A stretch of DNA of 64,000 bases from Minisyncoccia bacterium (GTDB taxonomy: Bacteria; Patescibacteriota; Minisyncoccia; UBA6257; 2-01-FULL-56-20), in the NCBI GenBank assembly GCA_050015515.1, contig JBEKBG010000001.1, positions 6,028 through 70,027 on the forward strand, in the 5' to 3' direction. The first letter of the stretch is position 1, and each line of letters starts with the position of its first letter. Below the pieces are notes generated by a model. The model was not told where the DNA came from. It did no database searches and saw nothing but the letters and a program-made list of their open reading frames with translations. The translations under genes were made by a program, and so were the position numbers. This document shows, one piece after another, positions 37,956 through 47,365 of this stretch.

Positions 37956-38657
37956 CTTTATGAGATGCTTATTCACAAAATATTGCTGGACGACGGAGAA
38001 GAGCGACGTCATAAGCCAGTAGAGACCGAGTGCTGCGGGAAAATTATAGAACACAAGGATAGTGATGACCGGCCCCACAAACACCATCTGGCGCGCGATC
38101 TTTTCCGCTTGCGACAGCGCACCCGCCGTGTTTCCCGGCGCGCGATAGATGGCAAGCTTCGCTTGGAAATATTGCGCAAGGGCGGCGGCGAGGATAAGAA
38201 CGAAGTTCGGCTTCGCGAGATCAATGAAGCCAAGAAAGATGGTATTGATGCTATGTGGCGCGGTGATAAACGAATATAATCCTGTCAGCTGTGCGGTACC
38301 GACGCCGGATCGGATCACCCAATAGAATGTGAGGAGAATCGGGATCTGGATGATGAGCAGCAATATACCGGAGAATGGATTGACGCCATGCTCTTTATAC
38401 AACCCCATCAGCGCCTTCGCCTGCTGGTCGCGATCGTCTTTGTGTTTTGTTTGTATCTCTTTTATCTTCGGCTGGATGCGCTGCATGAGCATCTGCTGTT
38501 TCGCACCGGTATGAAAAAACGGATAGAGGATAATGCGGATAAAAAGTGTCACCAATATGATCGCGATGCCGAGGTCGTGGAACGCGATCGTCTGATAGAA
38601 AAAAACAAGAAGATTGAGGATTGGCCTATAAAGTATCTGCTGATAAAGATAGATCAT
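37941..38657 (-). CDS. yidC: membrane protein insertase YidC (short form)
   Basis: Five-TM YidC/Oxa1 core without a large periplasmic domain. Position rnpA-yidC-jag. Confidence 0.88.
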   Translation of the reverse strand: MIYLYQQILYRPILNLLVFFYQTIAFHDLGIAIILVTLFIRIILYPFFHTGAKQQMLMQRIQPKIKEIQTKHKDDRDQQAKALMGLYKEHGVNPFSGILLLIIQIPILLTFYWVIRSGVGTAQLTGLYSFITAPHSINTIFLGFIDLAKPNFVLILAAALAQYFQAKLAIYRAPGNTAGALSQAEKIARQMVFVGPVITILVFYNFPAALGLYWLMTSLFSVVQQYFVNKHLIKKYGA

Positions 38658-38663
38658 GGATTT

Positions 38664-38969
38664 TTATTTTTGCTGCGCCGTGGCCAGTACTTTTGAGATC
38701 TCCTCTCTGAACTGTTTTTTAGTAAGGCGACGGATGTTCGGCGAAACCATCATAAGGATATCACTTCCGGCGCTCGCGCGCAGGGTGATCTCCGCACGCG
38801 CCTGCCGCTTCCAAAAATTTCTCCTTGCAGCGGCCTTACTGACCGAGACCCCGACCACCACCCCAACACGTGTGGTTTTATAGGAATTTTTCTTTATTTT
38901 TAATAAAAAAAATGGGGTGGATACCGTCTTGTACCCACGGGCGCGGAACTGATCCGAGGGAAGGCGCAT
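38664..38969 (-). CDS. rnpA: ribonuclease P protein component
   Basis: Basic 101-aa protein with the RnpA motif region. Conserved rpmH-rnpA order. Confidence 0.85.
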   Translation of the reverse strand: MRLPSDQFRARGYKTVSTPFFLLKIKKNSYKTTRVGVVVGVSVSKAAARRNFWKRQARAEITLRASAGSDILMMVSPNIRRLTKKQFREEISKVLATAQQK

Positions 38970-38980
38970 AATACCTTCTT

Positions 38981-39115
38981 TTAAACAGCCAATTTCCGCC
39001 GGCCTTTCGCGCGGCGGCGGGAAAGGACACGCCGACCGGTCGGCGTGGCTTGGCGCACCAAAAAACCGTGGGTGGTTTTGCGCTTCTTCTTTTTGGGACT
39101 ATAGCTAAATGACAT
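38981..39115 (-). CDS. rpmH: 50S ribosomal protein L34
   Basis: Last 44 codons of track ORF 38981..39277: [47 protein letters not shown] is the complement of 39113-39115. Confidence 0.85.
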   Translation of the reverse strand: MSFSYSPKKKKRKTTHGFLVRQATPTGRRVLSRRRAKGRRKLAV

Positions 39116-39286
39116 CCCCTCGATGATACCACACCATTTTAAAAAAGCAAAATAATACCGATGGAGCATATAAAAAGTTCTCCCCACGTAATCCCCAGGA
39201 AGATAACTTTTTAGATCTTTCCCACCCTTTGACTTGTTCCACGGAAGAGATAATAATGAATCCACAAACTTAATCAATTTTTAATC

Positions 39287-40642
39287 ATGGATCTTGAACA
39301 AATGTGGCAGTCGACGTTGGGGGAGATGGAAGTTCAACTGACGAAGGCGCATTTTGCAACGTGGTTAAAAAATAGCCGACCGATCGATAAAAAGGATGAT
39401 ACGCTCTTTGTCGCCCTTCCAAGCAACTTCGCGAAGACATGGGTGGAGGAAAAGTATCAGAAAAACATCATCGGCATCGTCCGGAATATGGACACGTCGG
39501 TTAAAAAGATCGAGTTTGTAGTGGGAAATAAGAATATTTCTTTCAATAAGGCGCCGTCCGAACAAACCACCACACAACAAAATGCCGCCGCCGAGCTGGA
39601 CTTCAATAAGACCGACCCGGAAACGGGGCTCAATCCAAAATACACCCTCGCATCGTTCGTTGTTGGACCCTCAAATGAGCTTGCCTTTGCCGCCGCCACC
39701 GCGATCACCGAAGGGCCGGGCAAAAAATATAATCCTTTTTTCATCTACGGCGGCGTCGGCCTCGGGAAGACCCATCTCATTCAAGCTATCGGCAACGAAC
39801 TCATGGTAAAATATAAGGGTAAAGTAAAAACAAAATATGTTTCTTCGGAACAGTTCACGCGCGACATCGTGTGGGGACTACGCAATGATCGCATCGAAAG
39901 TGTAAAGAAAAAATACCGCGACGTTGACGTGCTGATTATCGACGATATTCAGTTTATCGGCGGAAAGGAAAAAACAGAGGAAGAATTCTTCCATACCTTT
40001 AACGCGCTCTATGAGAATGATAAGCAGATCATTATCTCGTCCGATCGTCCGCCACAGTCGTTGCCAACGCTGGAGGAGCGGCTTCGATCGCGTTTTGAAG
40101 GCGGCCTCATTGCCGATGTTTCCTATCCGGAATACGAGATGCGGGTGGCGATCGTCCGCAGCAAGCTCCAGGAGATGAATCGGCAGCTCCCTGACGAAGT
40201 GATCGACCTCATTGCAAAGCGGCTCCGAAAGAACATCCGTGAGTTAGAGGGGGTTCTTAAAAAGATCATATTCCACGAGGAGCGAAAACAGACGGTGATT
40301 ACCGTAAAGGCGGCCGAGGAGATTATCGAGAAGGTGACCCAGAACCTCTCTAGGCGTGTCACTGATGCCCAAATTTTGAAGTCTGTGGCGGAATTCTTTA
40401 ATATCGCCGTGGAAGACCTCATCAGCCATAATCGCCGGAAAGAAGTGGTGGAGCCGCGCCAGATCGCTATCTATCTTCTTCGGGATATCTCGGAGCTTTC
40501 CTATCCGTATATTGGTGAGAAGCTGGGGAGAGACCACACCACCGCTATCCACTCCTATGAAAAGATCAACCGTGAAATCAACAGGAATCCCGCACTTAAC
40601 CAAAAGATATTAACCATAAAGGATATGATTTATAAGAGTTAA
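39287..40642 (+). CDS. dnaA: chromosomal replication initiator protein DnaA
   Basis: AAA+ Walker A GGVGLGKTHL, sensor motifs, C-terminal DNA-binding domain. Confidence 0.95.
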   Translation: MDLEQMWQSTLGEMEVQLTKAHFATWLKNSRPIDKKDDTLFVALPSNFAKTWVEEKYQKNIIGIVRNMDTSVKKIEFVVGNKNISFNKAPSEQTTTQQNAAAELDFNKTDPETGLNPKYTLASFVVGPSNELAFAAATAITEGPGKKYNPFFIYGGVGLGKTHLIQAIGNELMVKYKGKVKTKYVSSEQFTRDIVWGLRNDRIESVKKKYRDVDVLIIDDIQFIGGKEKTEEEFFHTFNALYENDKQIIISSDRPPQSLPTLEERLRSRFEGGLIADVSYPEYEMRVAIVRSKLQEMNRQLPDEVIDLIAKRLRKNIRELEGVLKKIIFHEERKQTVITVKAAEEIIEKVTQNLSRRVTDAQILKSVAEFFNIAVEDLISHNRRKEVVEPRQIAIYLLRDISELSYPYIGEKLGRDHTTAIHSYEKINREINRNPALNQKILTIKDMIYKS

Positions 40643-40774
40643 TCCAGCGCTTATCCCCGTGGCGATGGGCGAAAAATATAATTAATACTTGATTAAATAA
40701 TTTTTATCCCCAGAAAAGCGCTTCACTAATAACAACTCTAATAAAAAGTATTTAATATAAATTATAATTAAGAG
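40643..40774. promoter_or_regulatory. candidate oriC core: AT-rich dnaA-dnaN spacer with two TTATCCCC(A/G) DnaA-box variants
   Basis: Boxes at 40651-40659 and 40704-40712 in direct orientation. About 100 bp of AT-rich sequence could serve as an unwinding element. Confidence 0.5.
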
Positions 40775-41887
40775 ATGAAATTTATCGCAATCCGTTCAAA
40801 TATCAAAGATGCGGTTTCAACCATTGAGAAGGCGGTTGGAGAAAACACCAATCTACCAATATTAAAAAACATTTTTATTGAGGCGGAGAACAACACTATC
40901 ATTTTTTCCGCCACCAACTTGGAGATTGCGATCACCCACCGCGTTGCGGGAAAGGTGATCGAGGATGGGAAGATAACCGTGCCTCTCGCGCTTTTTTCTA
41001 GCCTTATTGGGAACATCCAGAGCGACCGGTTGAATTTTGAGAAGAAGGAAAATAACATGGAGATCGCGACGGATAATTACAGCGCGGTGATCAATGGGAT
41101 GTCGCCGGAAGATTTTCCCCTCACGCCGAAAATAAAAAACACCGAGAGCTATATTGAGATCAAAGGCGCGTTTCTCAAGGAGGCGATCCAGCAGGTGACG
41201 GTCGCGTCGCAGTATTCCGATCTGCGGCCGGAGTTGAACAGCGTTCTATTTAATTTTTCATTGGAAAGTTTGGTGCTCGCGTCGACTGATGGATTTCGTT
41301 TGGCGGAGCGATCGATCCCCTCGAATCTTTTTGTGATAAAAAAGAAGGAGCCGTTCAAGATGCTTATTCCTCTGCGAACGGCCATTGAGGTGGCGCGCAT
41401 CATGCGCGATGACGAAGTGGTGCGTATCCATCAGGATGAAAACCAGGTATTGTTTAAAACCGACCAGACGGAACTGATTTCCCGGTTGGTGGAAGGCGCG
41501 TTCCCGGATTATTCCGCGATCGTGCCGCACGAGTTCGCCGCGGAGATCGTGGTAAATCGCGATGAATTCTTGAACGCGATAAAGCTCGCTGGCGTATTCG
41601 GCCAGAAGAACAGCGAGGTTAAAATAAGGATCCATCACAACAAAAAAGCGATCGAGATCAGCTCCGCGGACCAGGCGCTTGGCGAGAACAACAACGTCCT
41701 CCCGGCGAAGATACAAGGAGACATCCCGGAAGTGTTTTTTAATTGGCGCTATCTCTCCGATCCAATGAAGGGCATTAAAGCGGAGGAGGTGTTTCTCGGG
41801 CTGCAGGAAGACGCAGGACCGGCACTGATCCGTTCAGTGAGCGATCAATCGTATTTCTATGTGTTGAAGCCGATTCTCAAACCCTAG
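40775..41887 (+). CDS. dnaN: DNA polymerase III beta sliding clamp
   Basis: Three-domain beta-clamp, 370 aa, immediately after dnaA. Confidence 0.92.
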   Translation: MKFIAIRSNIKDAVSTIEKAVGENTNLPILKNIFIEAENNTIIFSATNLEIAITHRVAGKVIEDGKITVPLALFSSLIGNIQSDRLNFEKKENNMEIATDNYSAVINGMSPEDFPLTPKIKNTESYIEIKGAFLKEAIQQVTVASQYSDLRPELNSVLFNFSLESLVLASTDGFRLAERSIPSNLFVIKKKEPFKMLIPLRTAIEVARIMRDDEVVRIHQDENQVLFKTDQTELISRLVEGAFPDYSAIVPHEFAAEIVVNRDEFLNAIKLAGVFGQKNSEVKIRIHHNKKAIEISSADQALGENNNVLPAKIQGDIPEVFFNWRYLSDPMKGIKAEEVFLGLQEDAGPALIRSVSDQSYFYVLKPILKP

Positions 41888-41999
41888 CTCCATACGCATT
41901 ATTATTTGGAGGTCGCGTATTTTTCTGCTGAAAAATCGCTACTTCTCGCCGCCTTCGCGGCTCCGAAATACCTCCAAATAATAATGCGTATGGAGCTAG
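41884..41999. repeat. unique 30-bp perfect inverted repeat flanking a 56-bp spacer with internal GC hairpins
   Basis: 41884-41913 is the reverse complement of 41970-41999. Begins at the dnaN stop codon. Spacer contains GCCGC-CTTC-GCGGC. Confidence 0.65.
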
Positions 42000-42095
42000 G
42001 ATTTGACAGTTTGAATTTTTAAAACCCCCTATCCTCCAAGAATCACAGAGGACATCTTATATTTGCCAAAACGAAGTTCCTTAGATGGGAACAAT

Positions 42096-42839
42096 TCAAT
42101 TTAAAAATAATTTTCTAAGTGCTATTGCCAAGCCATCATTCGTCACGCTCGGAGCAATAAAATCAGCCTTCTTTTTAAGCTCATCTGAACCATTTCCCAT
42201 GGCTATTTTATACTTTGAAATCTCAAATAGCGGTAAGTCATTATTTCCATCTCCTGCTGTGACTATATTATCTTTATGTATGTCTAATATTTTTAAAAGT
42301 ACTTCTAGGGCGTGACGTTTTGTTGCTTCGGCATGCGTTATATGGATGTCAAAATGGTCTGGTGTCCACGACATGACTTTATACGCCGCGATGTCGGGTA
42401 TTCGATTTAACTTCGCGAGTATGTCTTCTGCGTCTTCCCTATTAACTGGTTCAATATAGATTATTCTTTCCGGTTCTTTGACCACTTTCTTTTTTGCTAG
42501 TTCACTTACTTCGTCATCGCCAAAGAAGACGGGATACGGATATTGAGAAGCAATTTTCATAATCGCCTCAACTTGAAATATTTCCATATCTTTTCCCCAG
42601 AGAATCTTCTTGGTCGTCGGATCTACGATTTGTGTTCCTCCGGAGATAATACATGGGTCGGTTAGCCCCAATCTCTGAATAATCGGCAGTGAGTTGAAGA
42701 GCGGCCTCCCGGTCGCAACGCATACTTTCATCCTGCCTCGCAGTTGTTTAATAACTTCTATTAAATTATCAGTAGGCATCCCGTTCGGCTCGTTTGGAAT
42801 TGCTGTACCATCTAGATCAAATATTAGTGCTTTGTACAT
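42096..42839 (-). CDS. HAD-IIB (Cof-type) hydrolase
   Basis: Start moved to ATG 42839 (MYKALIFDLDGT, SD AAAGGA). HAD motifs I-IV are present. Confidence 0.8.
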   Translation of the reverse strand: MYKALIFDLDGTAIPNEPNGMPTDNLIEVIKQLRGRMKVCVATGRPLFNSLPIIQRLGLTDPCIISGGTQIVDPTTKKILWGKDMEIFQVEAIMKIASQYPYPVFFGDDEVSELAKKKVVKEPERIIYIEPVNREDAEDILAKLNRIPDIAAYKVMSWTPDHFDIHITHAEATKRHALEVLLKILDIHKDNIVTAGDGNNDLPLFEISKYKIAMGNGSDELKKKADFIAPSVTNDGLAIALRKLFLN

Positions 42840-42864
42840 TTCCTTTCTCAGGGTGATTGGGATA

Positions 42865-44997
42865 TTAGTTCCCATATCCATTCGCGCGCGCCCAGTTCTC
42901 GACGCCAACCTCCCAGTTATTATATTGCGGGTCCACTGCGGGGTTGGTAGGATCCGGTCCGGTGGGGTCGCTCTTGTCCACATAGTAGAGAATGCTGTGT
43001 ATTTGTCCGTTGATGTTGTATTGCCCGGCGAGGATCGGCTTATCGGGGCTTGTCGGGTCGGGCGGGGTGAAGGTCGTGTTCGGCGCTTCGGGTAGTGCTT
43101 GGGTCATGAACGCGCTCCACATCGGGACTGCTGCCAGAATACTTGACCCCGCCTTCTGCATCGGCGCATCATTGTTGTTGCCTGCCCAGACGCCGACGAC
43201 GAGCGACGGCGTGTATCCCATTGCCCACGCATCGGTGTAGTTGTTCGACGTTCCCGTCTTGAGCGCCACATCATAACCCGGGAATACAGTAAGGCCTTGG
43301 CTCCCCCCCATCAGCGGCGCGCGCGCGGCGGCGTCGGATAAAATATCATTCACAAGATTTATTGATTGCGCGTCCGCCACTTGTGATACCTGGTCTTGAT
43401 AAGACTCCAGTGTGTTGCCATTCGCGTCTTGCACGGAAAGGATCATCGACTGAGCGTGCTTAACCCCTTGTTCCGCGAGCACGGAATATGCCTCGGTGAG
43501 ATCGATGAGTTTTACCGCGCCGCCGCCGAGCACAAGCGAGAGGCCGTACTGCGATGGGCTGCCGAAAGTGCTGATGCCAAAGTTGGTCATGTTTTGGATC
43601 GCGTTTTGCTCGCCCACGAGGTAGAGCATTTTTACCGCCGGTACGTTCACCGACTGGGCGAGCGCGTTGCGGATAGTGAGCGGCCCGGCAAATGTTCCCT
43701 CGAAGTCCTGTGGATGGAAGCAATTTTTATTGGTGGAATTAAAATCAGGGACAGCAGGACATTCCGCATTGGTGCTGAACTCCGTCGGGACGTCAAATAA
43801 GATCGTGTCTGGCGTGTATCCCATTTGGAAAGCGGTCATATAGACAAATGGCTTCAGCGACGATCCCGGTTGGCGCAGGCCCTGCGTTGCCACGTCAAAG
43901 TTGCCGTCATTCGCGGTATTAAAGTAATCTGCCGACCCTACCAGCGCCAAAATTTGGCCCGTCACGGGGTCTTGCGCGACGAGCGCGGCGTTCGTTGATT
44001 TGTAAAGCTGCGTGTTGCGTGCGACGCCCGCAGTGACCGCCACTTCGGCTTGCTGCTGCATCGTCCAGTTAAGCGTGGTGATCACTTTCAACCCGCCATT
44101 ATCCACCTCATTCTCGCCATATTTTTGCACGAGATAATTTTCCACTGCCATCACAAAGTGCGGTGCGCGGATTCCCGTTCCGCTCTCCGTCTGCGGCTGG
44201 AAGACGATCTTGAAGTTTTGCGCGGCGGTCAGCTGGGCTTTGGTGATCTTGCCGGTGCTATACATCTGTTGAAGCACCAACTGCTGGCGTTGGAGTAGCT
44301 CGCTCACGTGCGTACCGTACGGGGAATAGTATGTTGGCGCCTGCGGGAGCGCGGCGAGCACCGCACTTTGTGCGATACTGAGCTGGCTCACCGGCACACC
44401 AAAATAATCCTGTGCTGCCTCACCCACGCCGGAAATATTCGGGCCGTACGGGACCTCGTTCAGGTAGAGCGCGAGAATCTGGTCTTTGGAATAATACTCA
44501 TTCAATTTGACCGCGAGAATGAATTCCCTGATCTTGCGCGAGACTGTCTGGTTGAGCGTCAGGAACGCGGTGCGCGCGAGCTGTTGGGTGAGCGTCGATC
44601 CACCCTCGGCAAATGAATGGGTGGTGATGTCCACGAAGAGTGCGCGGATGATGCCTTTAATGTCGAACGCCGGCTCATTATAAAATTGCTGGTCTTCGAT
44701 GGCGATCGTAGCATCCTTGACGCTCTGCGGAATTTGGTCAAACGGCACGAGCGTCCGATGCTGGCCATTGTCTATGTCGTATAAAAGCACAGTGCCCGTC
44801 CGATCGTAGATTTTTGTGGATTGTCCGATTTGCTGGGTGCCGATCTCCTGGATAGACGGCACCGTTTTTGCAAAATAAAGCACCGCCAGACAGAGGATGA
44901 TCGCGCCCGACGCCACAACGACGCCTGATATTTGCAGCATCTTGACGTATTTTTTCTTTTTTGGACGGCGAAGAAGGCTTTTAACGTCGTTACTCAT
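42865..44997 (-). CDS. bifunctional class A penicillin-binding protein (PBP1A-type)
   Basis: GT51 motif EDQQFY, transpeptidase SSLKP (SxxK) and KTG. N-terminal TM. Confidence 0.9.
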   Translation of the reverse strand: MSNDVKSLLRRPKKKKYVKMLQISGVVVASGAIILCLAVLYFAKTVPSIQEIGTQQIGQSTKIYDRTGTVLLYDIDNGQHRTLVPFDQIPQSVKDATIAIEDQQFYNEPAFDIKGIIRALFVDITTHSFAEGGSTLTQQLARTAFLTLNQTVSRKIREFILAVKLNEYYSKDQILALYLNEVPYGPNISGVGEAAQDYFGVPVSQLSIAQSAVLAALPQAPTYYSPYGTHVSELLQRQQLVLQQMYSTGKITKAQLTAAQNFKIVFQPQTESGTGIRAPHFVMAVENYLVQKYGENEVDNGGLKVITTLNWTMQQQAEVAVTAGVARNTQLYKSTNAALVAQDPVTGQILALVGSADYFNTANDGNFDVATQGLRQPGSSLKPFVYMTAFQMGYTPDTILFDVPTEFSTNAECPAVPDFNSTNKNCFHPQDFEGTFAGPLTIRNALAQSVNVPAVKMLYLVGEQNAIQNMTNFGISTFGSPSQYGLSLVLGGGAVKLIDLTEAYSVLAEQGVKHAQSMILSVQDANGNTLESYQDQVSQVADAQSINLVNDILSDAAARAPLMGGSQGLTVFPGYDVALKTGTSNNYTDAWAMGYTPSLVVGVWAGNNNDAPMQKAGSSILAAVPMWSAFMTQALPEAPNTTFTPPDPTSPDKPILAGQYNINGQIHSILYYVDKSDPTGPDPTNPAVDPQYNNWEVGVENWARANGYGN

Positions 44998-45000
44998 AAA

Positions 45001-45089
45001 AAGTGCCTCTTTATTTTACCTCTTTTCACTCTTTTCTTGTATCTTTCTTTCTCTTTCTTCTTCTCTTTCTTCTTCTCTCCATTTTTTCG
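45001..45089. repeat. CT-rich low-complexity tract (TCTTTCTTC-like repeats)
   Basis: About 90 bp pyrimidine run on the plus strand immediately upstream of the PBP start. Confidence 0.5.
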
Positions 45090-45167
45090 AACAAAACAAA
45101 ACTCCCCCTACTTTTGGACCGTTATTCTTATATCTAGGTCCAAAAGTAGGGGGAGTTTTGTTTTGTT
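45090..45167. repeat. unique 31-bp perfect hairpin (loop GTTATTCTTATATCTA)
   Basis: 45090-45120 is the reverse complement of 45137-45167. Downstream of ruvC on the minus strand, with T-rich flank. Confidence 0.6.
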
Positions 45168-45384
45168 ACTCCGTCGGTTCGGCGTCGTCAGGCGCAGCAT
45201 TGTCATCGCCCTTGAGAAGATTATCGTCACCATCTTCATCAACATCCTCGTCGGGACTGTCGATGGTTATCTCATCCGGATCTTCATCGCTCAATCCGCG
45301 GAATTCGAGTTTTAATGGAAATAATTCAGTTACCATAGTTACCAATGTTTCACGACCTTTTTTATTTTCAACCAGTATATTGTA

Positions 45385-45867
45385 TCATCGCGTGCTGTCA
45401 AGCAAGTGGTCGCCTGTGGATAAGATCGCGAGTGCGAGCGCGTCGCTCGCGTCATCGATTACCCTAAGGTCAGCCTTGCCCAGGATAAGGCGTACCATCT
45501 TAAGCACCGCTTTCTTGTCCGCCATACCGTATCCCGCCACGCCGGACTTTACTTCGTTCGGGGTGTATTCCTTTATACGAACACCGCGCTCTTTTGTTGC
45601 AAGAAGGATGACGCCGCGTGCCTGTGCTACCGCGAGCGCGGTTTTTGTATTTTTTGCAAAGAACAATTTTTCAATGGCCACCACATCCGGCTTGTGCTTT
45701 TTTATGAGCGCATCGATGCCTTTTTTTGTCTCCTTAAGCGCAGGGACGTCGTCGGCGGAGGTGATGGTAAGAATTCCCGCAGCCACGTAGGCGACCGTCG
45801 GCCCATTACACTCCACCACGCCGTATCCTATCCGCCGGGTTCCGGGGTCAATGCCAAGCGCGATCAT
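45385..45867 (-). CDS. ruvC: crossover junction endodeoxyribonuclease RuvC
   Basis: Start moved to ATG 45867 (MIALGIDPGTRRIGYGVVE). Confidence 0.88.
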   Translation of the reverse strand: MIALGIDPGTRRIGYGVVECNGPTVAYVAAGILTITSADDVPALKETKKGIDALIKKHKPDVVAIEKLFFAKNTKTALAVAQARGVILLATKERGVRIKEYTPNEVKSGVAGYGMADKKAVLKMVRLILGKADLRVIDDASDALALAILSTGDHLLDSTR

Positions 45868-45883
45868 AAAAGTGAAAATTTCA

Positions 45884-46429
45884 TTAAAAATTAATATTGG
45901 TATAAACGTTTTGGACGTCGTCATTCTCTTCGAGCGTTTCAAGGAGGTCGGCAAGTTTTTGCTTTTCTTCTTCGTTGGCGATATCCTGCGGGAACTTTGC
46001 GGTCCATTCGCCCCACTCTTCTCCTCCAGCCGGTTCAAACGCCCATCGCACACTTCCGGATTCTGCCCACTTACCGTTATGGTCGCGCAAAATAGTTTTT
46101 ATTTCCTGGACGGTGCGATTGCGGTTGTCGCTAATCGCGGTGATAAGGATCGCGGAGCCGCTTGGGCCGTATGCCTCGAACAATAACTCCTCCAATTTTT
46201 CCGTCGGCTCGGCGGCACGCTTGATCGCGCGATCGATCGTATCCGCCGGCACGCCCGCCTCGCGCGCTTTTTCCATCGCCGTGCGCAGGCGCGGATTAAA
46301 GTCCGGGTTCGGCTCCGTGCGCGCCGCCGCCGAGATCAGCTTGAGCGATTTCGAAAATATCTTCGCCCGCTTTTTGTCGGTGATCTCCTTTTTATGCTTT
46401 ATTCCTGACCAATGCGAGTGTCCTGACAT
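45884..46429 (-). CDS. YebC/PmpR family transcriptional regulator
   Basis: Start at MSGHSHWSGIKHKK (ATG 46429). yebC-ruvC adjacency is classic. Confidence 0.85.
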   Translation of the reverse strand: MSGHSHWSGIKHKKEITDKKRAKIFSKSLKLISAAARTEPNPDFNPRLRTAMEKAREAGVPADTIDRAIKRAAEPTEKLEELLFEAYGPSGSAILITAISDNRNRTVQEIKTILRDHNGKWAESGSVRWAFEPAGGEEWGEWTAKFPQDIANEEEKQKLADLLETLEENDDVQNVYTNINF

Positions 46430-46536
46430 GGTGTTATATATCCCTCGCATTATATCGCCGCCCACGTGCAAAAAAAAGCCGCCGGAGGAAAGACTGGTTG
46501 GTCTTTCCGTCCGGCGGGCTGGGTGCTTTCATGCGG

Positions 46537-47235
46537 CTAGCGCCTAAAAGCATTCGTGATCTCCGTGTCGGCACCAGGGAACCACTTGGAGTAGGTTCCC
46601 CAGGCCATGAATTGGCTGAACGCGTTCCGGCTGAGAAGGCGGTTGAGATCCTGTCTCGCCGCATTACCAATCGTGGCGTTTAGATCGCTGGAGTCGCTCT
46701 CGTAATACGTTCCTCCGCCACGATTCCCGTAGCTGGAGCTGAAGCTACTTCCGCTTCCAGCCGGTGCCAGGCACTGGGAGTGGCCCAGCGGTACGGTTGG
46801 TCTCTCGCCGCCATTCTTCTCGTCGTACTTCACAAGGAAGACGTCAAGGTTGATAGGATAGAGACTCCCGTTGAACGAGCCACCGGATTGATATCCGTTT
46901 CCGCCGTAGCCGCCCATTTGGCTGGACGATGCGACTTGCATCGCGCCACCGACACTGATCCGTACGCAGACGAGGGTATGGCCGAAAACGCACGGGTTGC
47001 GCCCTTCGACGAAGTCGCGAGCGCCTAGCTTCATAAAGAGGTCCTTTGCGCTCACTGCGCTGGTTCCGCCGAAGTCGATCGCGATTAGAGCCCCCTTGAA
47101 GTCGGGGCGCTTGGAGTCCGCTTTTGCGTCGGCGTCATAATGTATGACGCGTGCTTCCTGCGCCAGCGCGATGCCGGCACAGAAGAGAACCATTATTCCG
47201 GTCCATGCCAGAACGTTAGTGATGAGTTTCTTCAT
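46537..47235 (-). CDS. secreted hypothetical protein (Gly/Ser/Tyr-rich C-terminal half)
   Basis: GGAGGAGG SD before ATG 47235. Signal peptide MKKLITNVLAWTGIMVLFCAGIALA. Confidence 0.55.
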   Translation of the reverse strand: MKKLITNVLAWTGIMVLFCAGIALAQEARVIHYDADAKADSKRPDFKGALIAIDFGGTSAVSAKDLFMKLGARDFVEGRNPCVFGHTLVCVRISVGGAMQVASSSQMGGYGGNGYQSGGSFNGSLYPINLDVFLVKYDEKNGGERPTVPLGHSQCLAPAGSGSSFSSSYGNRGGGTYYESDSSDLNATIGNAARQDLNRLLSRNAFSQFMAWGTYSKWFPGADTEITNAFRR

Positions 47236-47365
47236 AGTTCCTCCTCCGCGCCGTATAGGCGCTGACCATATTTCAATTTCAAGTTGCAGGTATATTATAC
47301 CAGATAACATAGCGATTTGTCAAGCTTCGCAAAAAGGCATTAAAAACCTCTTAAAACCTGCTTGA

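Noticed and set aside
44897-45790. 297-aa plus-strand ORF rich in Ser/Phe/Leu
   Set aside because: It is generated by the CT-rich low-complexity tract and the antisense strand of ruvC. ruvC on the minus strand has a clear family signature.
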